Below are positions 9,179 through 20,209 of a DNA stretch of 64,000 bases, in pieces. Within the stretch, counting starts at the first letter, position 1. Each line of letters starts with the position of its first letter. Where the stretch lies: NCBI GenBank assembly GCA_017629035.1, contig JAGBXX010000006.1:22227-86226 (forward strand), given 5' to 3'. The notes below the pieces were generated by a model, which saw only the letters and a list, made by a program, of their open reading frames with translations, ran no database searches and was not told the origin of the DNA. Made by a program: the position numbers and the translations under genes. This DNA is from Alistipes sp. GTDB lineage: Bacteria; Bacteroidota; Bacteroidia; Bacteroidales; Rikenellaceae.

Positions 9179-10105
9179 ATGGAACAGCGAAGAACTGAGG
9201 GTACTGTGATAAGCTCTACGGGTAGCTGGTACGAGGTAGCTACCGCCGAGGGCATGCTCAACTGCCGCATCCGTGGCCGCCTACGTCTTAAGGGCGTGCG
9301 CTCCACAAACCCCGTTGTTGTGGGCGACAGAGTGATGGTAGAGCCCGATGGTGACAGCAGTGCTATTGTCGAGATTTTGCCACGACGCAACTATATCATA
9401 CGTCGTGCCTCAAATCTCTCGAAGGAGTCGCACATCATCGCCGCCAACATCGACCGTGCACTACTCATCGTAACACTCCACTCGCCAACCACGCCACGTG
9501 AGTTTGTCGACCGCTTCCTTATCACCTGCGAGGCCTACAAGGTCCCTGTGACTATTGTCCTGGGCAAGGCCGACATCCTCGATCAGGAGGCAGCTGCCGA
9601 GGCCGAGGAGTTCACAGCCATATACAACGATGCTGGCTACGACGTTATCCGCCTATCATCCATTACGGGCGAGGGTGTCGACCAGATACGTGCCATGCTC
9701 CGTGACCACACAACACTCGTGGCGGGCAACTCGGGCGTAGGCAAATCTACGCTCATTGGCTCTATCGACCCTACACTCGACATTCGCACAGGCGAAATAT
9801 CGGACTCACACCACCAGGGTAAGCACACCACGACATTCTCCACGATGTACTCGCTCGAGGGTGGATATATCATCGACACCCCAGGCATCAAGGGCTTTGG
9901 CCTCATAGATATCGACGACAAGGAGCTATGCCGCTACTTCCCCGAGATGATGCGCCTCTCGCCCGAGTGTCGTTTCTACAACTGTACCCATACCCACGAG
10001 CCAGGCTGCGCCGTTCAGGAGGCAGTAAAGGAGGGCCGTGTGGCATGGTCACGCTATGAGAGTTACCTGAAAATTTTGGACGAAGATGACAAATATCGCA
10101 AGTAG
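9179..10105 (+). CDS. rsgA: Ribosome small subunit-dependent GTPase A
   Basis: GNSGVGKS, GKHTTT, DTPG and the CRFYNCTHTHEPGC zinc finger. Confidence 0.96.
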   Translation: MEQRRTEGTVISSTGSWYEVATAEGMLNCRIRGRLRLKGVRSTNPVVVGDRVMVEPDGDSSAIVEILPRRNYIIRRASNLSKESHIIAANIDRALLIVTLHSPTTPREFVDRFLITCEAYKVPVTIVLGKADILDQEAAAEAEEFTAIYNDAGYDVIRLSSITGEGVDQIRAMLRDHTTLVAGNSGVGKSTLIGSIDPTLDIRTGEISDSHHQGKHTTTFSTMYSLEGGYIIDTPGIKGFGLIDIDDKELCRYFPEMMRLSPECRFYNCTHTHEPGCAVQEAVKEGRVAWSRYESYLKILDEDDKYRK

Positions 10106-10808
10106 ACTGCGCACCGAGGAGCACTCCGACGAGTGGCTTCGTGAGCGTCTTGATTATATGACCCAATTTCTCACAGAGGAGCGCCGCGAAGTTCTGCGCC
10201 GCACACTCTCGCAGCGCACCCACTATATGCGCATCATGACCGAGAACATGTTCCACCCGCAGAACGCCAGCGCCATCATGCGCCACTGCGAGGCATTCGG
10301 CATACAGCAGATACACACCGTCGAGGATCGCTGCAAGTTTGACCCCTCGGTAAATATCGTGCGTGGCACGCAGAAGTGGGTCGACGTGGAGCACCACGAC
10401 ACCACAAAGGAGGCACTCGAAGCACTCAAGGCTGAGGGCTACCGCATCGTTGCCACAACACCCCACCGCTGCAGCTCCACACCCGAGACATTCGACGTAA
10501 CGAAGGGTAAGTTTGCCCTTGTCTTCGGTACCGAGCATGCAGGCATCTCGGACGAGGTTATCGAGGCAGCCGATGAGTTCCTCATGATACCTATGTGTGG
10601 CATGGTCGAGAGCCTCAATGTGAGTGCCTCGGCAGCCATCCTTATATATATGCTCTCGGAGCGCATACGCCAGCAGACCGACAACTGGCAGCTTGGCGAC
10701 TCCGAGGCACTAAAGCTCCTCACACGCTGGACCATGTCCTCTGTGCGTGACTATGAGCGCATACTGCGCCGTGGCGAAGAAGAGGGAATACTAAAGATTA
10801 AAGAGTAA
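10086..10808 (+). CDS. TrmH/SpoU family RNA methyltransferase
   Basis: SPOUT motifs HPQNASAIMR, FGTEHAGIS, IPMCGMVESLNVS. Confidence 0.9.
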   Translation: MTNIASRLRTEEHSDEWLRERLDYMTQFLTEERREVLRRTLSQRTHYMRIMTENMFHPQNASAIMRHCEAFGIQQIHTVEDRCKFDPSVNIVRGTQKWVDVEHHDTTKEALEALKAEGYRIVATTPHRCSSTPETFDVTKGKFALVFGTEHAGISDEVIEAADEFLMIPMCGMVESLNVSASAAILIYMLSERIRQQTDNWQLGDSEALKLLTRWTMSSVRDYERILRRGEEEGILKIKE

Positions 10809-10819
10809 AGCAAGAGTCT

Positions 10820-12013
10820 ATGATACTTCGTAAGCAGTTTTTGGAGCATGTGGGCCAGACCTCACCTTCGCCCATGATGATCGAGGTGGAGCGTGCCGAG
10901 GGCTCGTTCTTCTACACCCCCGACGACAAGCGATATTTCGACCTTGTGGCGGGTGTGTCTGTTAGCAACGTGGGCCACGCCAACCCCGATGTCATCGCTG
11001 CCATGCAGAGGCAAGCAGCAGATTATATGCACGTTATGGTCTACGGCGAGATGGTCGAGCGTCCACAGGTGGAGTATGCACGAAGCATTGCCGAGCTGCT
11101 CCCCGGCGAGCTAAATTGCGTATACTTCGTCAACTCGGGTGCCGAGGCTGTCGAGGTTGCCCTGAAGCTCGTGAAACGCCACACGGGGCGCACCGAGCTT
11201 ATCTCCATGCGACGAGCATACCACGGCTCAACACATGGCGCTATGTCGATGATGGGAACCCCCGAGGGTGAGGAGTGGAAGTCAGAATTCAGACCCTTAC
11301 TTCCCGATGTTAAGTCGATAAACTTCAACTCGTTCGAGGATCTCAAGCAGATCACCGAGCGCACTGCGGGCGTGCTCTGCGAGGTTGTTCAGGGCGAGGC
11401 TGGCGTGCGCCTACCTAACCCCGAGTGGTTGAAGGCTCTCAGAGAGCGATGCACCGAGGTGGGAGCCCTCTTGATATTCGATGAGATTCAGACAGGCATG
11501 GGTCGTACGGGCGAGATGTTTGCATGCTCGAAGTATGGTATTGAGCCAGATGTCATCTGCTTGGCCAAGGCTTTTGGTGGCGGAATGCCTCTTGGTGGCG
11601 TTGCGGCAAAAAGAAAGGTTTTGGACTCTTTTACACATAGCCCCTGCCTCGGACATATCACCACATTTGGTGGTCACCCCGTATGCTGTGCCGCAGGCCT
11701 TGCAGCACTCAACTATCTCAAAAACAATAATATTGTCGAGAGTGTAGAGAGCAAGGGTGCACTATTCGAAAGCCTCATAAAGGATCACGACAAAATATTG
11801 GAAATTCGCCGTTCGGGACTTTTACTTGCTGTGGAGCTCGGCAAGTCAGAGTACCTCTACCGCCTCATGGAGATATTCAAGGAGGAGGGCATTATGAGCG
11901 ACTGGTTCCTCTATTGCGACACCGCCTTCCGTATCTCTCCCCCGCTCACAATCTCCGAAGCAGAGATCGAGGAGTGCTGCACCATCATCCGCCGCTCACT
12001 CGATAGATTATAG
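10820..12013 (+). CDS. Class III PLP aminotransferase (acetylornithine aminotransferase-like)
   Basis: NSGAEA, YHGST, DEIQTGMGRTG, AKAFGGG, TTFGGHP. Confidence 0.88.
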   Translation: MILRKQFLEHVGQTSPSPMMIEVERAEGSFFYTPDDKRYFDLVAGVSVSNVGHANPDVIAAMQRQAADYMHVMVYGEMVERPQVEYARSIAELLPGELNCVYFVNSGAEAVEVALKLVKRHTGRTELISMRRAYHGSTHGAMSMMGTPEGEEWKSEFRPLLPDVKSINFNSFEDLKQITERTAGVLCEVVQGEAGVRLPNPEWLKALRERCTEVGALLIFDEIQTGMGRTGEMFACSKYGIEPDVICLAKAFGGGMPLGGVAAKRKVLDSFTHSPCLGHITTFGGHPVCCAAGLAALNYLKNNNIVESVESKGALFESLIKDHDKILEIRRSGLLLAVELGKSEYLYRLMEIFKEEGIMSDWFLYCDTAFRISPPLTISEAEIEECCTIIRRSLDRL

Positions 12014-12034
12014 CGCACAAAACCACAGACAAAG

Positions 12035-12064
12035 AGTATCCGTCCATAGGGCGGATATTTTTTT
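12035..12064 (+). terminator. Rho-independent terminator
   Basis: agtatccgtcc-ata-gggcggatatt followed by a T-run. Confidence 0.75.
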
Positions 12065-12142
12065 GCTTGTCGCTGGAATATATTTCGCATTTTTTGACTA
12101 TCTTTACGCCGTTAATTTTACTTATAGTAAAAAGCAGCGAAA

Positions 12143-13051
12143 ATGAGCATCGAAACATACCATATTCCCGTAATGCTTCAGGAGTGCATCGAGGGCCTTG
12201 CAATCAAGCCTAATGGCACATACGTTGACCTGACGATGGGTGGCGGTGGCCACACCTCGGAGATATTGCGCCACCTTGGCCCCGAGGGTCACCTATACTC
12301 CTTCGACCAGGACCCCGACGCACAGGCCAATGCACCTCAGGACGAGCGTTTCACGTTCGTAGCCTCGAACTTCCGCTTTCTGCGTGGCGCCATGCGTCTT
12401 CGTGGCGTGGAGCAGGTTGATGGCATCCTGGCCGACCTCGGCGTATCGTCGCACCACTTCGACGCCAAGCATCGTGGCTTCTCATTCCGTGGCGAGGCAC
12501 CTCTGGATATGCGTATGAACACCCGCCAGAAGCGCACTGCTGCCGACATCGTAAACACCTACGACAAGGATGCCCTGGCCAAGATATTCAGCGACTACGG
12601 CGAGCTCGACACAACATGGAAGATTGCCAACTGCATAGAGCGTGCACGTGCAACAAAGCCTATCGAGACCACCGCCGAGCTTGTCGAGGCAGTGAAGCCC
12701 TGCACCCCACCCAAGGATGAGGCAAAATTTCTCACCAAGCTCTTCCAGGCACTACGCATAGAGCTCAACGGCGAGATGGAGGCACTACGCATGGCCCTGG
12801 AGCAGAGCCTCAAAATACTTAAGCCTGGGGGTCGCCTTGTGATCATGTCGTACCACTCGCTCGAGGATCGCATTGTGAAAAACTTCATGCGCAGCGGCAA
12901 CTCCGAGGGACGCATCGAAAAAGACTTCTTCGGCAATAGCACCTCAGCGCTCAAGGTCATCACACGCAAGGCCGTAGCGCCAAGCAACCAGGAGATAGAG
13001 CGCAACCCACGCTCACGCTCAGCCAAGCTCCGCATCGCCGAGAAACTATAA
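12143..13051 (+). CDS. rsmH: 16S rRNA m4C1402 methyltransferase
   Basis: HIPVML, GGGGH, DLGVSS, PLDMRM, FQALRI, YHSLEDR, NPRSRSAKLR. Confidence 0.97.
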   Translation: MSIETYHIPVMLQECIEGLAIKPNGTYVDLTMGGGGHTSEILRHLGPEGHLYSFDQDPDAQANAPQDERFTFVASNFRFLRGAMRLRGVEQVDGILADLGVSSHHFDAKHRGFSFRGEAPLDMRMNTRQKRTAADIVNTYDKDALAKIFSDYGELDTTWKIANCIERARATKPIETTAELVEAVKPCTPPKDEAKFLTKLFQALRIELNGEMEALRMALEQSLKILKPGGRLVIMSYHSLEDRIVKNFMRSGNSEGRIEKDFFGNSTSALKVITRKAVAPSNQEIERNPRSRSAKLRIAEKL

Positions 13052-13067
13052 AAACCCGAACAACGCA

Positions 13068-13646
13068 ATGAACCTACACCAAGAGGATAAATATACTCCC
13101 GAGGAGGAGAGCTTCGACCCCGAAGGCATAGCCAAGCTGCGCCACGAAGAGGAGGAGGAGAGGCTCAAGCGTCGCATACGCCGTGAGATCATCAAGGTAA
13201 ACAACGGAGAGAGCGACGAGGAGATTGAGCAGGAGAAGCAGCGCATGGCCGAGGAGGAGGCTGAGCGCATAGCCGAACAGGAGCGTGAGAAGCGCAAGCA
13301 GGGCTCCATAATCATCAACATATTCACCGGAGGATTTCTCTCGAGCGACAGCGCAGCGATATACTACCGCATGCTTATCGCCATTGCCGTGATGTGCTTT
13401 GCCTGCATCTTCCTCACGTTCATGTCGCTCAACGCCGACCGTGAGTATAGCCAGCTGGAGAAGCGTGCCACGGTGCTTCGTGAGCGAGCAATAGTCTTCC
13501 AGGAGCGTCGCTACGACATCTCCTCACGTGAGCAGGTAGACAAGCTTCTCGAGCGCCACAACATAGAGCTCAAGGACCTCGACGACAACACCCACGTGAT
13601 ACCTGCCGACGAGCTGCCCGCAGAGCCAATTATCGTAGAACAATAA
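13068..13646 (+). CDS. ftsL: FtsL-like cell division protein
   Basis: Lies between rsmH and ftsI; single TM followed by a coiled coil; long charged N-terminus. Confidence 0.7.
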   Translation: MNLHQEDKYTPEEESFDPEGIAKLRHEEEEERLKRRIRREIIKVNNGESDEEIEQEKQRMAEEEAERIAEQEREKRKQGSIIINIFTGGFLSSDSAAIYYRMLIAIAVMCFACIFLTFMSLNADREYSQLEKRATVLRERAIVFQERRYDISSREQVDKLLERHNIELKDLDDNTHVIPADELPAEPIIVEQ

Positions 13647-13664
13647 CAGCCACAACAACCAACG

Positions 13665-16052
13665 ATGGCCGACAAAAATAGAAAGAAGAGCACCAGCGCC
13701 AAGGAGGATATTATCAACCGAGTATATATCCTCTACGCCATATTTATCATCGCCGGACTTGCCATTGCTGCCCGCCTGATATGGATTCAGGTGGCCGACA
13801 AGAATGTCGAGAAGCATATCAAGGTCATGGAGCGTAATATCACCAACACCGAGATCGACCCAGCACACCGTGGCGCCATACTCACACGCAACGGCGAGCC
13901 ACTGGCCATGTCGAGCCTACGCCATGAGCCTATTGTCGACTTCGCCTCGGAGGGTATGCTTAAGGAGTACAAGAAGGATAAAAAGATAGATCCCGACCGA
14001 GTGCCACGAGAGCTCAAGCAGCTCGCCCAGCAGATGGCCCACCACTTCAACAAGGCCGACGCTCAGATCTACGGCTACAAATATCGCTCAATGGAGGAGT
14101 ACTACGACTTCTTCATGTCGAAGTTCAAGGCCAAGAAGGGCAATCGTGCCGTGCGCATCTTCCCCCGCCCTGTGGTGCTCGACGAGTGGAACATGATGCG
14201 CCGTGACTTCCCTATCATAAACCACAGCCTGGGCAAGGTCTACAAAGATGAGGAGGTCGAGGTGCGTATGCGCCCACACGAGGATCTTGCCCTGCAGCTC
14301 ATTGGCGAGTGCCGTGGCGAGCGCTCAAAGACCCCTTCGTACGAGGTTACACGCACCAAGGATGACAGCACATATACCGAGATTATCTACAAGGATACTA
14401 TCGTACGCCGCACCACAGGTCTTGAGAAGATCTACGACTCGCTGCTTGCTGGTGTCAATGGCCAATATATCGAGCAGCGTATTGCCCACGGCTTCTGGGC
14501 ACGCAAGGAGGATCCTCGCAACCGCAAGCCCGAGGATGGCCACGACGTGGTGACAACGATCGATGGCAACCTGCAGCGCATGGCCACAGAGTGTCTGCGC
14601 AAGCAGCTTGAGAAGGAGTGTGGCTCGTTTGGCGTTGCTATGGTCATGGAGGTCGAGACAGGAAACATGCTCTGCATGGTAAACCTCAGCTCAGGACGTC
14701 AGCGTGGCCATAACTACCAGGAGAACATCAACCACGCCATGCGCACACGTATGACCCCAGGATCTACGTTCAAGCTCGCATCGGCCATGGCACTCCTCGA
14801 GATTGGTGGCGCCACGGTAAACACCAAGGTTAGTGTCCCCGATGCCGAGGAGAAGGTCGGCAAACGCACCATACGTGATACCCACACCATGCGTGATGAG
14901 GAGGGTACGCAGATCACCAATCCTACGCTTGTCGAGGGATTTGCCCACTCCTCGAACATATTCTTCTCACGTGCCGTGTACGAGCGCTTCAAGAACGACC
15001 CAAGCGTATACACCACCTTCCTGAATAGCCTCATGCTGAATAGCCATATTGGCCTCGAGGAGTTTGGTGCCAAGCGAGGTCTTGTACCAAGCCCCAAGTC
15101 CGACACTTGGAAGGTGAATGGTGGACCCGAGTGGGTATTCCCACAGATGCCCTACGGCTATGTTGTCGAGATTCCACCTATCCAGACCCTCACGCTCTAC
15201 AACGGCGTGGCCAATGGAGGTAAGATGATGGCACCACGCTTTGTGGATCGCATCGAGAAGGGCGGTATCACCGTTGAGCGTATGCCCCATGAGACTCTCC
15301 TCGAGCATATGTGCTCCGAGCAGACTATCGACGGTCTGTTCACCTGCCTCAAGGCTGCCGCAGTGCCCGACCGCATGGGTCGTCGCTTTGGCAACCTACC
15401 TGTAAACATCGGCTGCAAGACAGGTACAGCACAGCTCTGGGGTTCATTCCCAACAAACTCTCCTCTCGACTCGCTCAACTTTATAGAGGGCTTTGGTCCA
15501 GATAAACATGAGTACTACCTCGGTTCGCTTGTGGCAATCATGCCTATCGAGAAGCCTAAGTACACCATCATGGTTGCCATTGCCAAGGAGAAGACCGACG
15601 AGCATCCTACATACTATGGTGGTCGTGTAGCAGGCGACGTGGTGTGCGACATCATCGAGTTCCTACACACCAACGACCTCACGCTACACCCAAGAGTCGA
15701 GGATAGCGGCAAGGGCTACCGTCCAACGACGATTAAGGATGGCAAGGCGAGCTCTGTGGCACGCATCACAGAGTCACTATGCAACATGAACTACGCCGAG
15801 GGCCTGGACTCGGAGTGGTGCTCGGCATTTGTCAACGAGAGTGGCTCGACGACAGTCCAGAGCCTAAACATCGCCTCGGGACGTGTCCCCAATGTTCAGG
15901 GCATGGGCCTTGTTGACGCCCTCTTCCTGCTCGAGCAGCAGGGTCTTGAGGTAACGCACTCGGGCGTAGGACGTGTCACAAAGCAGAGTATACCTCACGG
16001 AAGCAAGATTACGGATAAACGACGAAAGATACACTTAACACTAAGCATATAA
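13665..16052 (+). CDS. ftsI: Septal penicillin-binding transpeptidase with C-terminal PASTA domain
   Basis: STFK, SSN and KTGT motifs, VPNVQGM PASTA segment, dcw position. Confidence 0.9.
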   Translation: MADKNRKKSTSAKEDIINRVYILYAIFIIAGLAIAARLIWIQVADKNVEKHIKVMERNITNTEIDPAHRGAILTRNGEPLAMSSLRHEPIVDFASEGMLKEYKKDKKIDPDRVPRELKQLAQQMAHHFNKADAQIYGYKYRSMEEYYDFFMSKFKAKKGNRAVRIFPRPVVLDEWNMMRRDFPIINHSLGKVYKDEEVEVRMRPHEDLALQLIGECRGERSKTPSYEVTRTKDDSTYTEIIYKDTIVRRTTGLEKIYDSLLAGVNGQYIEQRIAHGFWARKEDPRNRKPEDGHDVVTTIDGNLQRMATECLRKQLEKECGSFGVAMVMEVETGNMLCMVNLSSGRQRGHNYQENINHAMRTRMTPGSTFKLASAMALLEIGGATVNTKVSVPDAEEKVGKRTIRDTHTMRDEEGTQITNPTLVEGFAHSSNIFFSRAVYERFKNDPSVYTTFLNSLMLNSHIGLEEFGAKRGLVPSPKSDTWKVNGGPEWVFPQMPYGYVVEIPPIQTLTLYNGVANGGKMMAPRFVDRIEKGGITVERMPHETLLEHMCSEQTIDGLFTCLKAAAVPDRMGRRFGNLPVNIGCKTGTAQLWGSFPTNSPLDSLNFIEGFGPDKHEYYLGSLVAIMPIEKPKYTIMVAIAKEKTDEHPTYYGGRVAGDVVCDIIEFLHTNDLTLHPRVEDSGKGYRPTTIKDGKASSVARITESLCNMNYAEGLDSEWCSAFVNESGSTTVQSLNIASGRVPNVQGMGLVDALFLLEQQGLEVTHSGVGRVTKQSIPHGSKITDKRRKIHLTLSI

Positions 16053-16065
16053 CACAAGACACTAT

Positions 16066-17523
16066 ATGAGACTACTAAGCGAACTACTCGGCGATGTCCG
16101 AGTGTTAAACAACATCGAGTCCAATCCCCCAATTCAGGGTCTCGAGTATGACTCACGCAAGGTGAAGGCTGGCGACTGCTTCTTTGCCGTGGTGGGCACA
16201 GCAAGCGACGGTCACGACTATATCGCCTCGGCAGTGGAGAAGGGTGCACGTGCAATTGTATGCCAGCGTCTCCCTGAGCAGACCAACTCGGAGGTGGCAT
16301 ATATCCTTGTCGAGGATAGCAACATCGCCATGGCGGCTATGGCTGCAGCCTTCTACAATCACCCCTCGCGCGAGCTTAAGCTTGTCGGCGTGACTGGCAC
16401 AAATGGCAAGACTACAACGGCAACGCTCCTCTACGACATGTTCATGGCTATGGGCTATAGCGCCGGCCTCATCTCTACTGTGGTATACCGCATTGGTGAG
16501 CGTCGTATCGACTCTACGCACACCACTCCCGACTCTATACGCCTCAACGCCATGATGCGTGAGATGGTTGATGAGGGTTGTGAGTACTGCTTCATGGAGG
16601 TGTCGTCGCACGCCGCAGCGCAGCACCGCATCGACTACCTCAACTTCACGGGAGCTCTCTTTACCAACCTCACACACGACCACCTCGACTACCACGGCAC
16701 ATACAAGGAGTATATCCGTGCCAAGAAGTCATTCTTCGACGCTCTGGACAAGAGCGCTTGGGCTGTGGTGAACATCGACGACCGCAATGGTGAGGTAATG
16801 GTTCAGAACACACGAGCTAAGGTCTACCGCCTATCGTTGCGCTCCATGGCCGACTACCACACACGCCTCATAGAGCTCATGACCGACGGCATGCAGCTCA
16901 ACCTCGATGGCCACGAGTTGTGGGTTAAGTTCACAGGTCGCTTCAACGCCTACAACCTAACCACAGTATATGCTGCAGCAACACTCCTGGGTATCGACAA
17001 GCTCGAGGTGCTCACCGTACTCTCGGCACTAAGCCCCGTGAGTGGTCGTTTCGAGACAATCACAGCCAAGGATCGCACCATAGCTGTTGTGGACTATGCC
17101 CACACGCCCGACGCCCTTGACAACGTGCTCCAGACTATCGACGAGGTGCGCAAGGAGTCGCAGCAGCTCTTCGTGGTATGTGGCTGCGGTGGCGACCGTG
17201 ACAAGACCAAGCGCCCAGAGATGGCGGCCATAGCTCTGCGCTACGCCACAACGGCAATCTTCACCTCGGACAACCCACGCACCGAGTCTCCCGAGGCTAT
17301 CCTCGACGATATGGTTGCGGGCGTAGGCACGGCGACAAACTACCTGCGCATAACAGATCGTCGTGAGGCGATACGCACAGCCTCGATGCTTGCCAAGCCA
17401 GGCGACATAATACTCATTGCCGGCAAGGGCCACGAGGATTATCAGATCATCGGCACCGAGAAGCACCACTTCGACGACCGTGAGCAGATACGTGAGGCAT
17501 TCGACGCAACACACAACCGCTAA
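16066..17523 (+). CDS. murE: UDP-MurNAc-dipeptide--diaminopimelate ligase
   Basis: GTNGKTT, MEVSSH, DYAHTPD, DNPR, AGKGHE. Confidence 0.97.
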   Translation: MRLLSELLGDVRVLNNIESNPPIQGLEYDSRKVKAGDCFFAVVGTASDGHDYIASAVEKGARAIVCQRLPEQTNSEVAYILVEDSNIAMAAMAAAFYNHPSRELKLVGVTGTNGKTTTATLLYDMFMAMGYSAGLISTVVYRIGERRIDSTHTTPDSIRLNAMMREMVDEGCEYCFMEVSSHAAAQHRIDYLNFTGALFTNLTHDHLDYHGTYKEYIRAKKSFFDALDKSAWAVVNIDDRNGEVMVQNTRAKVYRLSLRSMADYHTRLIELMTDGMQLNLDGHELWVKFTGRFNAYNLTTVYAAATLLGIDKLEVLTVLSALSPVSGRFETITAKDRTIAVVDYAHTPDALDNVLQTIDEVRKESQQLFVVCGCGGDRDKTKRPEMAAIALRYATTAIFTSDNPRTESPEAILDDMVAGVGTATNYLRITDRREAIRTASMLAKPGDIILIAGKGHEDYQIIGTEKHHFDDREQIREAFDATHNR

Positions 17524-17568
17524 AAGCGACATAGACGATTATTAACCCGAAACATCAAGATACAAACA

Positions 17569-18816
17569 ATGATACATTGGCTACTTAACTATCTGCACAG
17601 GAACACCGACCTCCCAGGAATGCGTATCGGTGAGTACCTCTCGTTCCGCTCAGGTGCAGCAATCATCATCTCGCTGCTTATTGTAATCTTCATGGGCAAG
17701 CGCATCATCCGCTACCTGCGCCGCAAGCAGATTGGCGAGGATATCCGTGACCTCGGCCTCGAGGGTCAGCTTCAGAAGAAGGGCACACCAACCATGGGTG
17801 GTATCATCATCATCCTTGCCGTGCTTGTCCCCGTGCTACTCTTTGGCGACCTCTCGAACATATACATCCAGCTCATGTTAATATCGACCATCTGGCTCGG
17901 ATTTATCGGTGGTCTGGATGACTACATCAAGGTCTTCCGCCACAACAAGGATGGTCTTAAGGGTCGCTTCAAGATCGTAGGACAGATAGGTCTTGGCATT
18001 ATCGTGGGCACAACAATGTGGCAGTCGCAGGATATCGTAATCCACGAGAAGAGCTTCGACAGCACACAGTATAACATCGTAAACACCGAGACGGGCGAGG
18101 TTGTCGACCACCACACAGTGAAGTATGTGTCGCACACCACACCCGACAAGTCGGCAAAGACATCGATCCCATTCCTCAAGGATACGGAGCTTAACTACAA
18201 CATACTCACAGGTGGCAACGACACCCTGGCATGGCTTGTATATATCTTCATCGCCATCTTCGTGATCACGGCAGTGTCGAACGGCGCCAACCTCACAGAT
18301 GGTATCGACGGCCTGCTCACAAGTGTATCGGTACCTATCGTGCTGGTGCTCGGCGTGCTTGCCTACCTCTCGGGCCACCTCATCTACTCTGACTACCTCA
18401 ACATCATGTATCTGCCCGATAGTGGTGAGCTGGTAGTCTTCGCCGCAGCCTTTGCAGGTGCTTTGGTGGGCTTCTTGTGGTACAACTCCTTCCCTGCGCA
18501 GATCTTCATGGGCGACACCGGCTCACTCACCATAGGTGGTCTTATTGCTGTGTTTGCCCTCTGCATCCGCAAGGAGCTGCTCCTGCCACTTTTGTGTGGT
18601 ATCTTCCTTGTCGAGGCACTCTCGGTAATCATCCAGACAACCTACTTCAAGTACACCAAGAAGAAGTATGGCGAGGGACGCCGTGTATTCCTCATGTCGC
18701 CTATCCACCACCACTACCAGAAGAAGGGCCTCTTTGAGACCAAGATCATGATGCGATTCTTCATCATCTCGCTCCTGCTCTCAGCCCTCACAGTAGTAAC
18801 CCTCAAGATTCAGTAA
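17569..18816 (+). CDS. mraY: Phospho-MurNAc-pentapeptide transferase
   Basis: KKGTPTMGG, DDYIK, NLTDGIDG, FMGDTGS, PIHHH. Confidence 0.97.
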   Translation: MIHWLLNYLHRNTDLPGMRIGEYLSFRSGAAIIISLLIVIFMGKRIIRYLRRKQIGEDIRDLGLEGQLQKKGTPTMGGIIIILAVLVPVLLFGDLSNIYIQLMLISTIWLGFIGGLDDYIKVFRHNKDGLKGRFKIVGQIGLGIIVGTTMWQSQDIVIHEKSFDSTQYNIVNTETGEVVDHHTVKYVSHTTPDKSAKTSIPFLKDTELNYNILTGGNDTLAWLVYIFIAIFVITAVSNGANLTDGIDGLLTSVSVPIVLVLGVLAYLSGHLIYSDYLNIMYLPDSGELVVFAAAFAGALVGFLWYNSFPAQIFMGDTGSLTIGGLIAVFALCIRKELLLPLLCGIFLVEALSVIIQTTYFKYTKKKYGEGRRVFLMSPIHHHYQKKGLFETKIMMRFFIISLLLSALTVVTLKIQ

Positions 18817-18837
18817 ACGAAAACACAGAGTAAATAT

Positions 18838-20202
18838 ATGAAACGCAAGATAGTAGTTTTGGGCGGAGGTATCTCGGGCTACGGCTCGGCAATACTAGCC
18901 AAGAAGAAGGGTTTTGATACCTTCCTTACGGATATGGGCAAGATCGCTCCTAAGTTCAAGGAGCGCCTCGACGAGTGGGGCGTGGAGTACGAGGAGGGTC
19001 AGCACACCGAGGAGCGCATCCTTGATGCCAACGAGGTTATCAAGTCGCCAGGTATCCCCGACACAGCACCTATAGTCAAGAAGATCCGTGAGCGTGGCAT
19101 ACCCGTAATCTCGGAGATTGAGTTTGCAGCACGCTACAAGGGTGTGGCAAAGACAATATGTATCACTGGCTCGAACGGCAAGACCACAACAACATCGCTC
19201 ATCTACAAGATTATGGCAGATGCAGGTCGTAAGGTATCGTTGGGTGGTAACATCGGCGAGAGCTTTGCCTACTCCGTGGCTACAGACCGCTACTTCTGGC
19301 ACGTATTGGAGCTCAGCTCATTCCAGCTCGACGGTTGCTTTAAGTTCAAGGCCGACATCGGCGTGTTGATGAACATCACCCCCGACCACCTCGACCGCTA
19401 CGACTATAAACTGGAGAACTACGCACGCTCCAAGATGCGCATCACGCAGAACCAGACAGCCTCGGATTGCTTCATCTACTCGGCCGACGACGAGCAGACA
19501 AACATTATGCTCTCGGAGATGGACGACAAGTTGCGTGGTCGCCAGCTCCCATTTGCCATCAACACAGCTATTGCCAGCGGCGATGGCGACGCTATACTCG
19601 AGGGCCACTTCTTCACTGCCACCGTGGGCAAGAAGTCTGTGACGCTCGATACACGTAAGATGCAGATCGAGGGTATGCACAACGTATACAACGCCATGGC
19701 AGCAGCCCTGGCAACACTCGCTGCGGGTATCGACCCTAAGCAGATCAAGCGCTCTATCTACGACTTCTCGCCTGTGGAGCACCGCCTCGAGCCTTCGGGC
19801 ACAAAGAACGATATACAGTGGGTCAACGACTCTAAGGCTACCAACGTGGACTCTGTGTGGTACGCCCTTGAGAGCATGAAGCGTCCTACGGTATGGATTG
19901 CAGGTGGCACAGACAAGGGTAACGACTACAACCCTCTCAAGGAGTTTGCACGTCGCAAGGTCAAGGCACTTGTGTGCATGGGCGTAGACAACAGCAAGCT
20001 CGTGAAGGAGTTTACGGGCATCATCCCCGAGATTCGCAACTGCAACACCTTTGAGGATGCTATGCGTGCAGCTAAGGAGCTCGCCCAGGAGGGTGACACA
20101 GTGCTCCTCTCGCCAGCATGCGCAAGCTTCGACCTGTTCCGCAACTATGAGGAGCGTGGTCGCATGTTCAAAGAGTGGGTTAAGGAGAATGTACTAAAGT
20201 AA
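18838..20202 (+). CDS. murD: UDP-MurNAc-L-Ala--D-Glu ligase
   Basis: GSNGKTTT, ELSSFQL, DHLDRY, NDSKATN, SPACASFD. Confidence 0.97.
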   Translation: MKRKIVVLGGGISGYGSAILAKKKGFDTFLTDMGKIAPKFKERLDEWGVEYEEGQHTEERILDANEVIKSPGIPDTAPIVKKIRERGIPVISEIEFAARYKGVAKTICITGSNGKTTTTSLIYKIMADAGRKVSLGGNIGESFAYSVATDRYFWHVLELSSFQLDGCFKFKADIGVLMNITPDHLDRYDYKLENYARSKMRITQNQTASDCFIYSADDEQTNIMLSEMDDKLRGRQLPFAINTAIASGDGDAILEGHFFTATVGKKSVTLDTRKMQIEGMHNVYNAMAAALATLAAGIDPKQIKRSIYDFSPVEHRLEPSGTKNDIQWVNDSKATNVDSVWYALESMKRPTVWIAGGTDKGNDYNPLKEFARRKVKALVCMGVDNSKLVKEFTGIIPEIRNCNTFEDAMRAAKELAQEGDTVLLSPACASFDLFRNYEERGRMFKEWVKENVLK

Positions 20203-20209
20203 CACGACA

